NCBI GenBank assembly: GCA_002364485.1
Contig: DEYK01000054.1
Location: 20,218 to 84,217 of the forward strand
Reading direction: 5' to 3'
DNA: 64,000 nt
From: Phycisphaerales bacterium UBA3160
GTDB lineage: Bacteria; Planctomycetota; Phycisphaerae; Phycisphaerales; SM1A02
The position numbers and the translations under genes are program-made. This document shows positions 47,644-57,866 of this stretch, piece after piece. Each line of letters begins with the position of its first letter. The stretch's first letter is position 1. The notes below the pieces were generated by a model. It was not told the DNA's origin. It made no database searches and saw only the letters and a program-made list of their open reading frames with translations.

Positions 47644-48975
47644 TCACTCGTGCCTCAGGGCCACGATCGGATCCTGCTTGGATGCCACGATCGCCGGATA
47701 GATCCCGAAGATCAGGCCGGTCATTGAGGCGACCAGAAACGACACGACGATCGACCAGGGCGTGATCTGCGTCTCGAAGGCGATCTCCGTCTCGATCAGG
47801 TTCTTGATCGCCGGCTGCTGCAGAAGCCAGGGGAGCACCCGGGCGACCGCGATGGACAGGCTGACGCCGAGAATGATGCCGAGCACGCCCCCCACCGCCG
47901 ACAAGGCTCCGGTCTCGACCAGGAACTGAGCGATGATGTGCTTGCGCGTGGCGCCCAACGCCCGCCGGATGCCGATCTCCCGGGTGCGTTCGATCACCGA
48001 GGCGAGCATGATGTTCATGATCCCGATTCCGCCAACCAGCAGACTGATCGCCGCAATCGATGTCAGCAGCAGATTCATCGCGAACGTGGTTCGCTTGACG
48101 TTCTCAAGAAGCTCCCAGGGAACGATCAGTTCGATGTCGCCGCGATCGGCGTGGCCGACATCCATGATCTTCTGGATCCGCTGCGATGTGGCGATCACAT
48201 CCTCGGACGATTCGACCATCACGTAGATCTCGGAGAATCTGATTTCCTGACCCGAGAAGGAGCCGGAGACCCGTCGCACCACGATGTCGCCGAAGACCAT
48301 CTCTGCCGTCGCGAGCGGAATATGGACATCGAGATTGAGATCCCGGCCGACGAGAGCCCCCCCTGCTCCTCCGGAGAGCCCGACCGGATTCAGCACTCCC
48401 ACGATCGTGAAGACGTTTCGATCGATCCGCATCTCCTTGCCGATCGGATTCTCCAGTCGGAAGAACTGCTCGGCGACCCGGTGCCCGATCACGGCCACCG
48501 GCCTGCGCAGTTCCTGATCCTCGCTGGAAAGATACCGGCCACCGCTCTCGACTTCGAGATTCAGCAGCTCGCCGAGTTCCGGCAGGGTCCCGAAGGTCTG
48601 ACTCATGATCCGCTTCGGACCGTAGGAGACCTCGGATCCGACCGTCTTCAGCGGAATGATCTGCTGAGCCTCGGGAATGAAGGTCTTGATCCGGTTCAGA
48701 TCGTCATCGACGATGCCGTACTTGACCAGGAACGAACGCCGTTGCGAACCGAAGGAGGTCGATTCGGGCGGCTTCTGGGAGCGGACGATGATGTTGTTGG
48801 CACCCAGCTCCCGGATGTCCCGAAGCGCAGCCTGCTTGTTCCCTTCCCCGATCGAGACCATCAGAATCACGGCCGCCACGCCAAGAATGATTCCCAGACT
48901 GGTCAGGGTGGACCGGAGAAGGTGCAGTCGCAGATTCCAGAGCCCAAGTCGCATTGTTTCGAGATAGAAGTTCAT
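47644..48975 (-). CDS. MacB-type ABC transporter permease (MacB periplasmic core domain + FtsX)
   Basis: N-terminal MRLGLWNLRLHLLRSTLTSLGIILGVAAVILMVSIGEG, a large periplasmic domain, the FtsX helices, and the C-terminal KQDPIVALRHE. Start at MNFYLET (48975). Confidence 0.85.
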   Translation of the reverse strand: MNFYLETMRLGLWNLRLHLLRSTLTSLGIILGVAAVILMVSIGEGNKQAALRDIRELGANNIIVRSQKPPESTSFGSQRRSFLVKYGIVDDDLNRIKTFIPEAQQIIPLKTVGSEVSYGPKRIMSQTFGTLPELGELLNLEVESGGRYLSSEDQELRRPVAVIGHRVAEQFFRLENPIGKEMRIDRNVFTIVGVLNPVGLSGGAGGALVGRDLNLDVHIPLATAEMVFGDIVVRRVSGSFSGQEIRFSEIYVMVESSEDVIATSQRIQKIMDVGHADRGDIELIVPWELLENVKRTTFAMNLLLTSIAAISLLVGGIGIMNIMLASVIERTREIGIRRALGATRKHIIAQFLVETGALSAVGGVLGIILGVSLSIAVARVLPWLLQQPAIKNLIETEIAFETQITPWSIVVSFLVASMTGLIFGIYPAIVASKQDPIVALRHE

Positions 48976-49028
48976 GCGGTTCGACGTGATACTGTAGTCG
49001 AGTCCCCGTCGGGACGGGAGGATCCGAC

Positions 49029-49355
49029 ATGAGCAGGGTGATCGTCGAATCAGAACGGGAAACCGATTCCGGGTGGCGATTCGTCTGCCGGTATTCCATC
49101 CCCTCTGGAGACCGGCAGACCCTCGAACTCGGCCTCTCGTGGGCGGACTACGACCTCTGGGCACCGGACGGAAGCGTGGCTCCCGAGCACGTCGCAGCCG
49201 CCGTGCTCGATCTGCTGCTGGAGTACGACGAGGAACCCGCCCGAGACCGCATCGACGCCGCCCATCTCCGCAGGATGATCCCTGGATCGGACGAGATGAT
49301 CCAGAAACGGATCCGCAGACCCGGCATCAGCCCCGGAGGTACCATCCGGTACTGA
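49029..49355 (+). CDS. hypothetical protein (108 aa)
   Basis: Strong GGGAGGA Shine-Dalgarno 6 nt upstream. Globular composition and no recognised domain. Confidence 0.55.
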   Translation: MSRVIVESERETDSGWRFVCRYSIPSGDRQTLELGLSWADYDLWAPDGSVAPEHVAAAVLDLLLEYDEEPARDRIDAAHLRRMIPGSDEMIQKRIRRPGISPGGTIRY

Positions 49356-49359
49356 CGCC

Positions 49360-49773
49360 ATGCGAACGATGCCGACCGACATGATCGAACTCACGAGGAA
49401 GGAAGGCGATGCCCTCTGGTGGGCCTGCGACGCCTTCTTCGACTTCTGCACGAAGCTGCTCGAATCGGACGAACCCGAACTCGATCCGGATCTGCTGGGG
49501 GCCCTCGTCTGGGCGGGCAACGCGCTGCGTGAATCACTCAAGTCGGCGGGGGTCGATCGGGCGATCGAACGCTTTCCCCGCTCGGACATCGGATGTGTCC
49601 GTCGGATTCTCGGCGCAACCATCGACATGGACGACGAATTTCTCCAACTCCCGTTCGATCCCGATCAATGGACTTCCCGTGTGCAGTGGGAACAGGCCTG
49701 TGAACAGACCAGTCGAACCACCACCATTCTCGGTGAACTGATGAAGCAGATCAGGGAACTCGAAGCGAACTGA
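49360..49773 (+). CDS. hypothetical protein (137 aa, helical)
   Basis: Lies 4 nt after the previous stop and 3 nt before the histidine kinase gene. Acidic, helical-looking sequence with no recognised domain. Confidence 0.55.
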   Translation: MRTMPTDMIELTRKEGDALWWACDAFFDFCTKLLESDEPELDPDLLGALVWAGNALRESLKSAGVDRAIERFPRSDIGCVRRILGATIDMDDEFLQLPFDPDQWTSRVQWEQACEQTSRTTTILGELMKQIRELEAN

Positions 49774-49776
49774 CCG

Positions 49777-51384
49777 ATGGCGAAGCACGCACAACCCGAA
49801 CCACGACGAATCAGTCTCGCCAACAAGTGCCTGCTCCTGTTCGGGTGTGCGATCGTGCTCATCCTGATCGTCGCGCTCTCCGTACCGTGGTTCAGGACCT
49901 ACGTGCTCGTACGCGAATACCAGCTCGAGGTCGCTTCCCAGGTGGCCAATGCATGGCTGGAGGCCCGCCTTCCCGGACAGGACGTGCAAAGCACGCCGAA
50001 ACGGCCCGCTTCCGGATCCAGCGGACTCCGCGTCACCTTCGACTGGATCGAGGACATCGACACGACCCGCAACCAGTCCTTCATCGCCAGGGCATTGACT
50101 GCGTTCCGGAACGACCCGACCATCCAGCACTTCGCCATTCCCGTCCAGGACGGCGACACCGAGGTCTACCTCTACGCAAGGCCGATCAAGGCGTCGATGC
50201 TGCGATCACTCAGGATCTCCTCCGTCACCGACTTCACGGCCGGCGCCGTTGAACCGAGCGTGGCCGACGAGTTGAAGGCGATTCTGGTTGTCCGCCGCAC
50301 GACCCAATTCGGCGAAAGCCAGCTGCAACTGAGCCGGACCTACATCATCATCACGGGACTGGTCGCAGGACTGCTGGCCGTCATCGTCTTCTACTTCATA
50401 CTCACCAAGCTGATCTTCTCCCCGGTCCGTCGTCTTCGCGACACGGCCGAGCGGGTGAAGATCGGCGACATCCACGCCCGTTCGAATCTCCGGACCGGGG
50501 ACGAATTCGAAGAGCTCGCCGAGAACTTCAATGCGATGCTCGACCAGCTGGAGGAGACCCAGTCTCGGTTGCGGCGCATGAACGAAAGCCTCGATCTCAA
50601 GGTGGCCGAACTGGCGGAGGCGAACGTCGGACTCTGGGAGTCGACCAAGTTCAAGACCGAGTTCCTCGCGAACGTCAGTCATGAACTCCGCACACCCCTG
50701 AATTCGATCATCGGATTCGCCGAACTCCTGTCGGGAGGGATGGACGGAGACGATTCCAAGCAGTCGCGCTACGTGTCGAACATCCTCACCAGCGGACGGT
50801 CGCTCCTCGAACTGATCAACGATCTTCTCGACATGGCGAAGATCGAAGCCGGACGGATGGATGTCAACGTCGAACCGACGAACATCAGGGATCTCATCGA
50901 CGGCCTCGTGAACATCATGACGCCCCAGGCTTCGAACAAGTCGATCCGGCTGCAGACGGAGTTCGATCCGAAGCTTTCGGAGATCCACACGGATCCGGGC
51001 AAGCTGCAGCAGATCCTCTACAACTTCCTGTCGAACGCGATCAAGTTCACTCCCCAGGACGGCACCATCCTGCTGAGAGGAGACTGCATTGCGGAAGACA
51101 CGCCAAAGCTCAGGTTGTCGGTCATCGATTCGGGACCGGGAATCTCCGCCGACATGCAGGACGTGATCTTCGAGAAGTTCCGGCAGGCGGACGCCAGTCA
51201 CACACGCGAGTTCACCGGAACCGGCCTGGGACTCGCGATCTGCCGGGAACTCGCGGATCTGCTGAATGCGGAGGTGTCGTTGGAGTCCTCGCTCGGAAAC
51301 GGCTCCACGTTCAGCGTGACCATTCCGACCGACTACATGCCTCGTGAGGCGCCATCGCTGATGGGCCAGCCGCCGGTCAGTTGA
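49777..51384 (+). CDS. sensor histidine kinase (2 TM, periplasmic domain, HAMP, HisKA, HATPase_c)
   Basis: H-box FLANVSHELRTPLNSIIGFAELL, N-box LYNFLSNAIKFT, and the G-boxes DSGPGI and GTGLGLAICRELA. TM helices are present at both ends of an extracytoplasmic domain of about 170 aa. Confidence 0.92.
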   Translation: MAKHAQPEPRRISLANKCLLLFGCAIVLILIVALSVPWFRTYVLVREYQLEVASQVANAWLEARLPGQDVQSTPKRPASGSSGLRVTFDWIEDIDTTRNQSFIARALTAFRNDPTIQHFAIPVQDGDTEVYLYARPIKASMLRSLRISSVTDFTAGAVEPSVADELKAILVVRRTTQFGESQLQLSRTYIIITGLVAGLLAVIVFYFILTKLIFSPVRRLRDTAERVKIGDIHARSNLRTGDEFEELAENFNAMLDQLEETQSRLRRMNESLDLKVAELAEANVGLWESTKFKTEFLANVSHELRTPLNSIIGFAELLSGGMDGDDSKQSRYVSNILTSGRSLLELINDLLDMAKIEAGRMDVNVEPTNIRDLIDGLVNIMTPQASNKSIRLQTEFDPKLSEIHTDPGKLQQILYNFLSNAIKFTPQDGTILLRGDCIAEDTPKLRLSVIDSGPGISADMQDVIFEKFRQADASHTREFTGTGLGLAICRELADLLNAEVSLESSLGNGSTFSVTIPTDYMPREAPSLMGQPPVS

Positions 51385-51721
51385 CCCGCTCGACCCAGTC
51401 CGAATGACCATCCTTCTTGAACGCTCTGCCCGCAAGCTTGATGCACCGGCGGCAGATGCAGGCGGCCTCGTGCAGCGGGCTTCTCCAGGCCGGATCCGTG
51501 CGTTCCTCGAGGCACATGGTGCATGCTGCCCCGTCCAGACGAATTCCCGCCTCGGCCTGCACCACCTCCACCCATGCGCAGGCGAGACAGTCGGAACAGA
51601 CGATGCTGCCGTGGTGTCCTTCGATCGAGGCGATCTCCTTCGACCACGTCGCACGGTGGCAGAAGTCGCAGAGGATGTCCTCCGGATTGACATCCTGGGG
51701 ATTGGTACCGGGACGCTGCAT
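51377..51721 (-). CDS. small protein with two ClpX-type C4 zinc-binding modules
   Basis: CDFC-x20-CSDC and CTMC-x19-CRRC, each followed by a short helix as in the ClpX ZBD. The start codon shares one base with the trmB stop (TGATG). Confidence 0.6.
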   Translation of the reverse strand: MQRPGTNPQDVNPEDILCDFCHRATWSKEIASIEGHHGSIVCSDCLACAWVEVVQAEAGIRLDGAACTMCLEERTDPAWRSPLHEAACICRRCIKLAGRAFKKDGHSDWVERVN

Positions 51722-52380
51722 CAGTCACCGACCTTTCTGAGGGTCATCGCATTGAACGAACGACCTTCGATCCTGAACTTCCTCTCGAAGTTCGTACCGA
51801 CGAACTCGCCCTCGCCGGCCGATGCCGGAGGCTCGTACTCGCATCGCTCGAACATCGAGGCGTTGCGTTCCATGTGTTCCTCGTACCAGTGCCAGAGATC
51901 GATGTGATCGGTGACGATCCTGAACTGCCCGTTCCCGCGAAGCAGGCGGTGGAACTGCACCAGCGATTCGTCCTGCACCACTCGACGCTTGTGATGACGC
52001 TTCTTGGGCCAGGGATCGGAGAAGTACAGGTGCAGGACGTCGATGATGCCGTCCGGGCACCAGTGCGAGATGAACTCGACGGCGTTTCCGTGCAGCATCC
52101 TCACGTTCTCGAGTCCGTGGCGACGGGCCCGGTCGGCGGCGTGGCGGGCGTAGGCAGCGGCCCATTCCGCACCGAGAAAGTTCGTTTCACGCTGCAGACG
52201 GGCCTGCTGAACGAGAAACGTACCCTTGCCCGAACCGATCTCGAACTCCAGGGGACGATCGGGATGCTCGAACCAGCTCCGCGGATCGATGCGTCCCTGC
52301 TCGGGGGCGGGAAGCTCATCGAGTGCGACCACCCAGTCTCCGGGATCGAGCCCTCTGCGTCGAGAGATGCCGGCACTCAT
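51721..52380 (-). CDS. trmB: tRNA (guanine-N7)-methyltransferase
   Basis: SAM motif EIGSGKGTFLV and FSDPWPKKRHHKRR, with the TrmB-typical C-terminus. Confidence 0.9.
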   Translation of the reverse strand: MSAGISRRRGLDPGDWVVALDELPAPEQGRIDPRSWFEHPDRPLEFEIGSGKGTFLVQQARLQRETNFLGAEWAAAYARHAADRARRHGLENVRMLHGNAVEFISHWCPDGIIDVLHLYFSDPWPKKRHHKRRVVQDESLVQFHRLLRGNGQFRIVTDHIDLWHWYEEHMERNASMFERCEYEPPASAGEGEFVGTNFERKFRIEGRSFNAMTLRKVGD

Positions 52381-52449
52381 GATCCAGCCCCCTCTTCGAT
52401 GTCCAGACGAAGCAGGGCGGGTCGGACGCCAGTGATCCGGGTCGGTCGA

Positions 52450-54177
52450 TCACTCATCGCGATTCATCCTCTCCCTGATCCACTCGGACATGTCCCGAAG
52501 GACCTGTGGGTCGAGCGTGGTCTCGATCTCCGCGTACTCCTCGACCGCACCGGTCGTAGCCGGCTGGAACAGATGATTCAGACCGGGATACAGCCGGGTC
52601 GTCACGTCGCGATCGGACTCGACCATCACCTCCTGGATCAGCGTCAGCTCGGAACTTGCCGGCACCTGCAGATCGAGTGAACCGTTGATGGCATAGACCG
52701 GCATGTCGAGTCGCTTCAGCACCGGAGCAGGATCGTGGGCAAGAAACCATCGAATCCAGGGGATCGTCGTCGATGCGATCGCGTTGTCGATGAACTCGTC
52801 GTCGATCTCGATGTCGATGTTCATCGCATCGATCTGGAGAACCGACAGTCTGCGAATGGGCTCGCGAAGTTCCTTGAGTGATGCACCTTCGGTCACCTTG
52901 CGCAGCACATTCGTCTGCTCGGCGACGATCGCGTCGATGACGGACTCGTCGATTCCGGAGGCCCGCATGAGGGCGGCCGATTGATCCGGCAGCAGACGCA
53001 GGCCGCTGCGAGCCGGAGCCGCCATGAGGACCACGAAGGCGATGTCGTTGCGCCGATCGGCGATGATCGGAGCGATGATGCCGCCCTCGCTGTGACCGAC
53101 GAGCCCGATCCGATCGGAGTCGATGCCGGGCTGGGTCTTGAGATGATCGACGAGCAGGGACACGTCCGAGGCGAAGTCGAGGCTGGTGTCGTCCAGCAGC
53201 ATTCTCTGATCCGGAACGACGGATCCACCGACACCTCGATCGTCGAATCGCAGCACCGCGATGCCCTGACGAGTCAGGTGGTCCGACAGCACCAGAAAGG
53301 GCCTGTGCCCCATGATCTCCTCGTTTCGGTTCTGTGCCCCCGAACCGGAGATGAGCACGACGGCGGGATGCGGACCTTCGCCGTCGACCGGTACGGTCAG
53401 GGTTCCGGCAAGCGAATGTCCGTCGGGATGCTGGACCAGAACGTCGCGCAGCTCGTACGGGAGAGGTGGCGTGGGGTCCTGGGGCCGTCGCAACGTCCTG
53501 TCGGGTTCGGCGGTACGGACCATCGCGATCTCCGCACTGAAGCCGCCCTGCTTGAATCCCGCGGTGATCTCTTCGCCGCCCAGCGGCAACGTGATCGTCG
53601 CCGGGACGGACGAGGCGAGCACCAGTTCGGCCGAATCCGCGGTCTTCGAACGAACCTCCAACGGGAAGCTGTCGAGCTTCTGAATCGGAATGCTGATGTC
53701 CGCATGCAGCCGGTCGTCGGATCCGACGGCGTAGTCGATGACCATGTCGATGCTCGCGACCCCCTCGATACGGAGCGATCCCGAATAGCTTCGGAATCCC
53801 GGCATCGTGGCCACGACGGGATGCGGCATCCATCTGAAATCACCGGGTGCCGTCGATGGATCCTGCACCGGAGCGACGCTGCCGCTCAGGATGTCCTCTC
53901 CCGAACCATCGAAACGGTAGACGACGCCGTAGGCGTTCAGATCGAACGAGAAGCCTTCCGGCCCGAACTTCGGCGACTCCATCAGGCTCTGCAGAAGATT
54001 CGCCTGCAGCATCGACACTTCGCCACGCTGCCCGTGGAATTCGACGACGGTGAACAGCGTGGGCCACCCCGGAACGGACGTGGGACCGGCCCACCGCCCC
54101 TGCGGCGCAGCAACGGCCGCCATGGTCAGCAGCATCAGGACGGTGTTGAGAATGAGCGTACGCATGAGCGAATCCAC
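52450..54177 (-). CDS. secreted alpha/beta hydrolase with N-terminal accessory domain
   Basis: Signal-like MRTLILNTVLMLLTMAAVAAP, the nucleophile elbow GHSEGG, and C-terminal YPGLNHLF (His of the triad). Confidence 0.75.
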   Translation of the reverse strand: MDSLMRTLILNTVLMLLTMAAVAAPQGRWAGPTSVPGWPTLFTVVEFHGQRGEVSMLQANLLQSLMESPKFGPEGFSFDLNAYGVVYRFDGSGEDILSGSVAPVQDPSTAPGDFRWMPHPVVATMPGFRSYSGSLRIEGVASIDMVIDYAVGSDDRLHADISIPIQKLDSFPLEVRSKTADSAELVLASSVPATITLPLGGEEITAGFKQGGFSAEIAMVRTAEPDRTLRRPQDPTPPLPYELRDVLVQHPDGHSLAGTLTVPVDGEGPHPAVVLISGSGAQNRNEEIMGHRPFLVLSDHLTRQGIAVLRFDDRGVGGSVVPDQRMLLDDTSLDFASDVSLLVDHLKTQPGIDSDRIGLVGHSEGGIIAPIIADRRNDIAFVVLMAAPARSGLRLLPDQSAALMRASGIDESVIDAIVAEQTNVLRKVTEGASLKELREPIRRLSVLQIDAMNIDIEIDDEFIDNAIASTTIPWIRWFLAHDPAPVLKRLDMPVYAINGSLDLQVPASSELTLIQEVMVESDRDVTTRLYPGLNHLFQPATTGAVEEYAEIETTLDPQVLRDMSEWIRERMNRDE

Positions 54178-54214
54178 CTTTCAGGCATGGTAGCCCCGAA
54201 CGAAGTGGATCGCC

Positions 54215-54607
54215 TCAGCGGGTGAAATCGACGACCTCGGAGTCCGACCAGAGGTCCTCCAGATCGTAGTACGCCCGGCGACTGGGCTCGAACAGGTGCA
54301 CGACGACATCGACGAAGTCGACGACGATCCAGGTGGACGCCGGATCGTTGTTCGTGCGGAACCTCGCTGCTCCGTGCGACTTCCCGAGGGTACCGACCTC
54401 GTCGGCGACGGATCGCATCTGACGATCACTGGTTCCGGATCCGACCAGGATGAAGTCGCACACCTGGCTGATGCCCCGAAGGTCGAGCAGCCGCACATCG
54501 GTGCAGTGCAGATCCTCGAGAAGCCTGGCGGCTTCAACGGCGAAGCCAAGCGAGCTTTCGCTCGCCTGGCCTTCTCCGTTCGTACTTCCCTGTTGTGTTT
54601 CCGTCAT
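54215..54607 (-). CDS. rsfS: ribosome silencing factor RsfS (iojap)
   Basis: CDFILVGSGTSDRQMRSVADEV and WIVVDFVDVVVHLFEPSRRAYYDLEDLW. Confidence 0.9.
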   Translation of the reverse strand: MTETQQGSTNGEGQASESSLGFAVEAARLLEDLHCTDVRLLDLRGISQVCDFILVGSGTSDRQMRSVADEVGTLGKSHGAARFRTNNDPASTWIVVDFVDVVVHLFEPSRRAYYDLEDLWSDSEVVDFTR

Positions 54608-54619
54608 GCCGCAGACAAC

Positions 54620-57295
54620 TCAACCAAGGCCGAGTGCCGCCTGAACCGATGGCCCGAAGTGGACGACCAGTCCGGCGAACACGACCGAGACGACGGCAAT
54701 GAGCTTGATGAGGATGTTCAGCGAAGGTCCCGAGGTGTCCTTGAAGGGATCGCCGACGGTGTCGCCGGTGACCGACGCCTTGTGTGCATCGGACCCCTTG
54801 CCACCGTGGTGACCGGCCTCGATGTACTTCTTCGCGTTGTCCCAGGCACCACCGGAGTTGGCCATGTAGATGGCCACGGCGAACCCGCTGGTCAAACCGC
54901 CGACCAGAAGTCCCATGACTCCGCCGACACCGAGAATCAGTCCGACGATGATGGGAGTGGAGATCGCCAGGATCGCTGGAAAGACCATCTCACGCTGTGC
55001 ACCGGATGTCGAGATCGAAACGCATTCCTGATAGTCCGGATACTCGACGCCGTTGATGGTGACCCGGGTCGGCCACTTCATCGGATCGTCCACGTCCTCT
55101 TCGCTCATGCCGTCCGAACGGAACTTGTCACGCATCAGACCGAACTGACGACGACATTCGTTCATCATCCGGTAGGCGGCACGACCCACTGCGTTCATGG
55201 TCATCGCACAGAACACGAATGCCAGCATGACGCCGAGGAAGAGTCCACCGAGGACGCGGGGGTTCATGATCGAGATGTCGTAGAACGCAGCCAGATGACG
55301 CAGGGTCGCGATGTCGGAAGGCACGAGATCGAACTCGATCGGGACGCCGTCCTCTCCCTTCGCGGTCACGTCGTACACACCGTTGTGATCCTGCCACACG
55401 GCCTTGACCATGATGTCGGATCCGACGGGACAGATGTCGTTGAATCCGGTCACGACCCTTCGTGAGCCGAGCATCAACGCACCGCCGGCATTGTCTCCAC
55501 CCTTGTACAGAGCGCCACCGGGATCCTTGGCGACGATTCGGAACTCGCCCTGTCCCATGTTGCGGAGATCAAGCGTGATGACCTCTCCGGGAACCGGACG
55601 ATTCTTCTTGAACGTCGAAACGCTCGAGGCGTCGAAGCCGTCTCCACCGATCGCCACCAGAGGCGTCGCCCACTGGTCGACGCTGTGCTTCTTGACCAGC
55701 GCCACGTTGACGACGATCGCGTAGGCGGCCAGGAGGGCCAGGGCCGTGAGGGCCGCCGAACCGATGGCGAATCCCTTGCCCGTCGCAGCAGTGGTGTTGC
55801 CGAGCGAATCGAGCATGTCGGTGCGTTCGCGGACGAACGGGGGCTGCCCGGTCATCTCGGCGTTTCCACCGGCATTGTCGGCGATCGGGCCGTATGCGTC
55901 GGTCGCCAGGGTGATGCCGAGCGTGCTGAGCATGCCGACCGCGGCAATGCCGACTCCGTAGAGTCCCAGCAGGAAGTTGTCGTTGCCGCCGCTGAATCCG
56001 AAGGCCAGCAGAATCGCGACCACGATCACGAGCAGCGGAGCCCAGGTCGACTTCATGCCTTCGGCGATGCCCGCGATGATCACGGTCGCATGACCCGTCT
56101 GGGTCTGCTCGGCGATGCGCTGCGTCGGAGCATGCTCGTACGAGGTGTAGTACTCGGTCGCGAAGGCGATGATCAGGCCGGCGGACAGACCGGTCACGAT
56201 GGCCAGCGTCGGCTGCCACCATGCGTAGTACTGGGCGACATCAGGATCCTTCAGCAGGAGCCAGAAGAGCACGCCGGCTCCACAGGCCACGAGGGCAGAA
56301 GCCACCCAGACGCCCATGTGCAGGCCCTTGAGCAGCTGGCTGAAGGAAGCATCCTCCTTGGCACGAACCACGAAGACTCCCAGCAGCGAGCAGATGATGC
56401 CCAGGCCGGCCAATGCCATCGGAGCGGAGGCGAGGATGTAGGCCATCCTGTCCGTCATCTCGCCGAAGGCGCCGGACAATGCGGCGGTCGCACCGAGCGC
56501 CATCGAGGCGAGGATCGAACCGTAGTAGGACTCGTAGAGGTCGGCGCCCATTCCGGCCACGTCGCCGACGTTGTCACCGACGTTGTCGGCGATGGCGGCG
56601 GGATTGCGGGGATCGTCCTCGGGAATGCCTGCCTCGACCTTGCCGACCAGGTCGGCACCGACGTCGGCGGCCTTGGTGTAGATGCCGCCACCGACGCGAG
56701 CGAACAGGGCCTGCGTCGAGGCACCCATTCCGTAGGTCAGCATGATGGCCGTGACCTCTTCGAGGCCGGAGTTGGGAATGACTTCGTTCCAGAGGAAGAA
56801 CCAGGCACTCACGTCGAGCAGAGCGAATCCGACGACGACGAGACCCATGACCGCACCGGAGCGGAACGCCACGGTGAGGCCGTCGTTCAGGGACTGCTTG
56901 GCGGCCCAGGTGGTTCGAGCGGAGGCGTTGGTCGCCATCTTCATTCCGAACCAACCGCACAGACCGGAGAACAGCCCTGCAATGGGCACTCCTGCAGCGG
57001 TCCAGAGCGGCTGGATGTCCAGAAGCCCGAGCACCACGAGGATCGCGACGAGCACGAAGAACACGATGAAGACGACCTTGTACTGACGCACGAGGTAGGC
57101 CATCGCACCCTGGCGAACCGCCTCGGCGATGCGAACCATCTCGGGTTCACCTTCACTCTTGCTCATCACGCTTCGGCTGAAGCCGAATGCGAAGAGCAAT
57201 GCAACCACTGCTCCAATCGGGGCAATGAACCAGACCCATGCGTGGTCGATGACCATCTGCATTTCCGCCAGTTGAAGCGCCATCACGGGATCCAC
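54620..57295 (-). CDS. hppA: membrane-integral pyrophosphatase (M-PPase), unusually long (891 aa)
   Basis: [81 protein letters not shown] and [19 protein letters not shown]. Ala at the GNTTAA switch position suggests the K+-dependent subclass. Confidence 0.93.
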   Translation of the reverse strand: MDPVMALQLAEMQMVIDHAWVWFIAPIGAVVALLFAFGFSRSVMSKSEGEPEMVRIAEAVRQGAMAYLVRQYKVVFIVFFVLVAILVVLGLLDIQPLWTAAGVPIAGLFSGLCGWFGMKMATNASARTTWAAKQSLNDGLTVAFRSGAVMGLVVVGFALLDVSAWFFLWNEVIPNSGLEEVTAIMLTYGMGASTQALFARVGGGIYTKAADVGADLVGKVEAGIPEDDPRNPAAIADNVGDNVGDVAGMGADLYESYYGSILASMALGATAALSGAFGEMTDRMAYILASAPMALAGLGIICSLLGVFVVRAKEDASFSQLLKGLHMGVWVASALVACGAGVLFWLLLKDPDVAQYYAWWQPTLAIVTGLSAGLIIAFATEYYTSYEHAPTQRIAEQTQTGHATVIIAGIAEGMKSTWAPLLVIVVAILLAFGFSGGNDNFLLGLYGVGIAAVGMLSTLGITLATDAYGPIADNAGGNAEMTGQPPFVRERTDMLDSLGNTTAATGKGFAIGSAALTALALLAAYAIVVNVALVKKHSVDQWATPLVAIGGDGFDASSVSTFKKNRPVPGEVITLDLRNMGQGEFRIVAKDPGGALYKGGDNAGGALMLGSRRVVTGFNDICPVGSDIMVKAVWQDHNGVYDVTAKGEDGVPIEFDLVPSDIATLRHLAAFYDISIMNPRVLGGLFLGVMLAFVFCAMTMNAVGRAAYRMMNECRRQFGLMRDKFRSDGMSEEDVDDPMKWPTRVTINGVEYPDYQECVSISTSGAQREMVFPAILAISTPIIVGLILGVGGVMGLLVGGLTSGFAVAIYMANSGGAWDNAKKYIEAGHHGGKGSDAHKASVTGDTVGDPFKDTSGPSLNILIKLIAVVSVVFAGLVVHFGPSVQAALGLG

Positions 57296-57482
57296 TCCTC
57301 GAGGTTCTTGGAGCCTGCCTGAGGCCCCTTTTCAAAGACTGCACCCGGTTCGACCGGGCCGCAGGCGTATCGTGTCACATGTATCGGCGGATTGGACCCG
57401 TTTACTTCGATTGGAAGATCCAACTTGAAGCAAGGCAAGTCCGGTCACGCACGATGGAAAAATCTGTATTCAAGCCGATCGC

Positions 57483-57740
57483 TCAACGAGCGGGGCGACC
57501 CCGGCTGGGACCGCCAGAACCACCGCTACGGCCCTTGGACTGGGCTGGCGCGGGGCTGTTGAAGCGTACCGCCCGAGCAATCGCCTTCCGCATGGCGCGT
57601 CGACGTCGCTCTGATGGCTTCTCGAAGTACTGCTTCCGCTTGACATCCTTGGTCAGGCCTTCCTTCTCACAGAGCTTCTTAAATCGGCGCAGCATCTGAT
57701 TGACGCTTTCGCCTTGCCGTGATTTGATCCTGATGGCCAT
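57483..57740 (-). CDS. rpsU: 30S ribosomal protein S21 (with Gly/Arg/Pro-rich C-terminal tail)
   Basis: MAIRIKSRQGESVNQMLRRFKKLCEKEGL...YFEKPSERRRR. Start at 57740; the upstream part of the track ORF is junk. Confidence 0.9.
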   Translation of the reverse strand: MAIRIKSRQGESVNQMLRRFKKLCEKEGLTKDVKRKQYFEKPSERRRRAMRKAIARAVRFNSPAPAQSKGRSGGSGGPSRGRPAR

Positions 57741-57866
57741 GGTTTTTGGACTCCGAACTCGAGAATCAGTGAAGCCGGGTATTAGACTCGACCCTGCCCT
57801 CCGCTGCAAGCCACAAATAGGCCCACAGGTTTCTCGTACCATGATCGAGCACACCTCCTCAGAGTT

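Noticed and set aside
55685-57322. 545-aa plus-strand ORF
   Set aside because: It lies antisense to the pyrophosphatase gene and has a Gly/Asp/His/Arg-rich composition.
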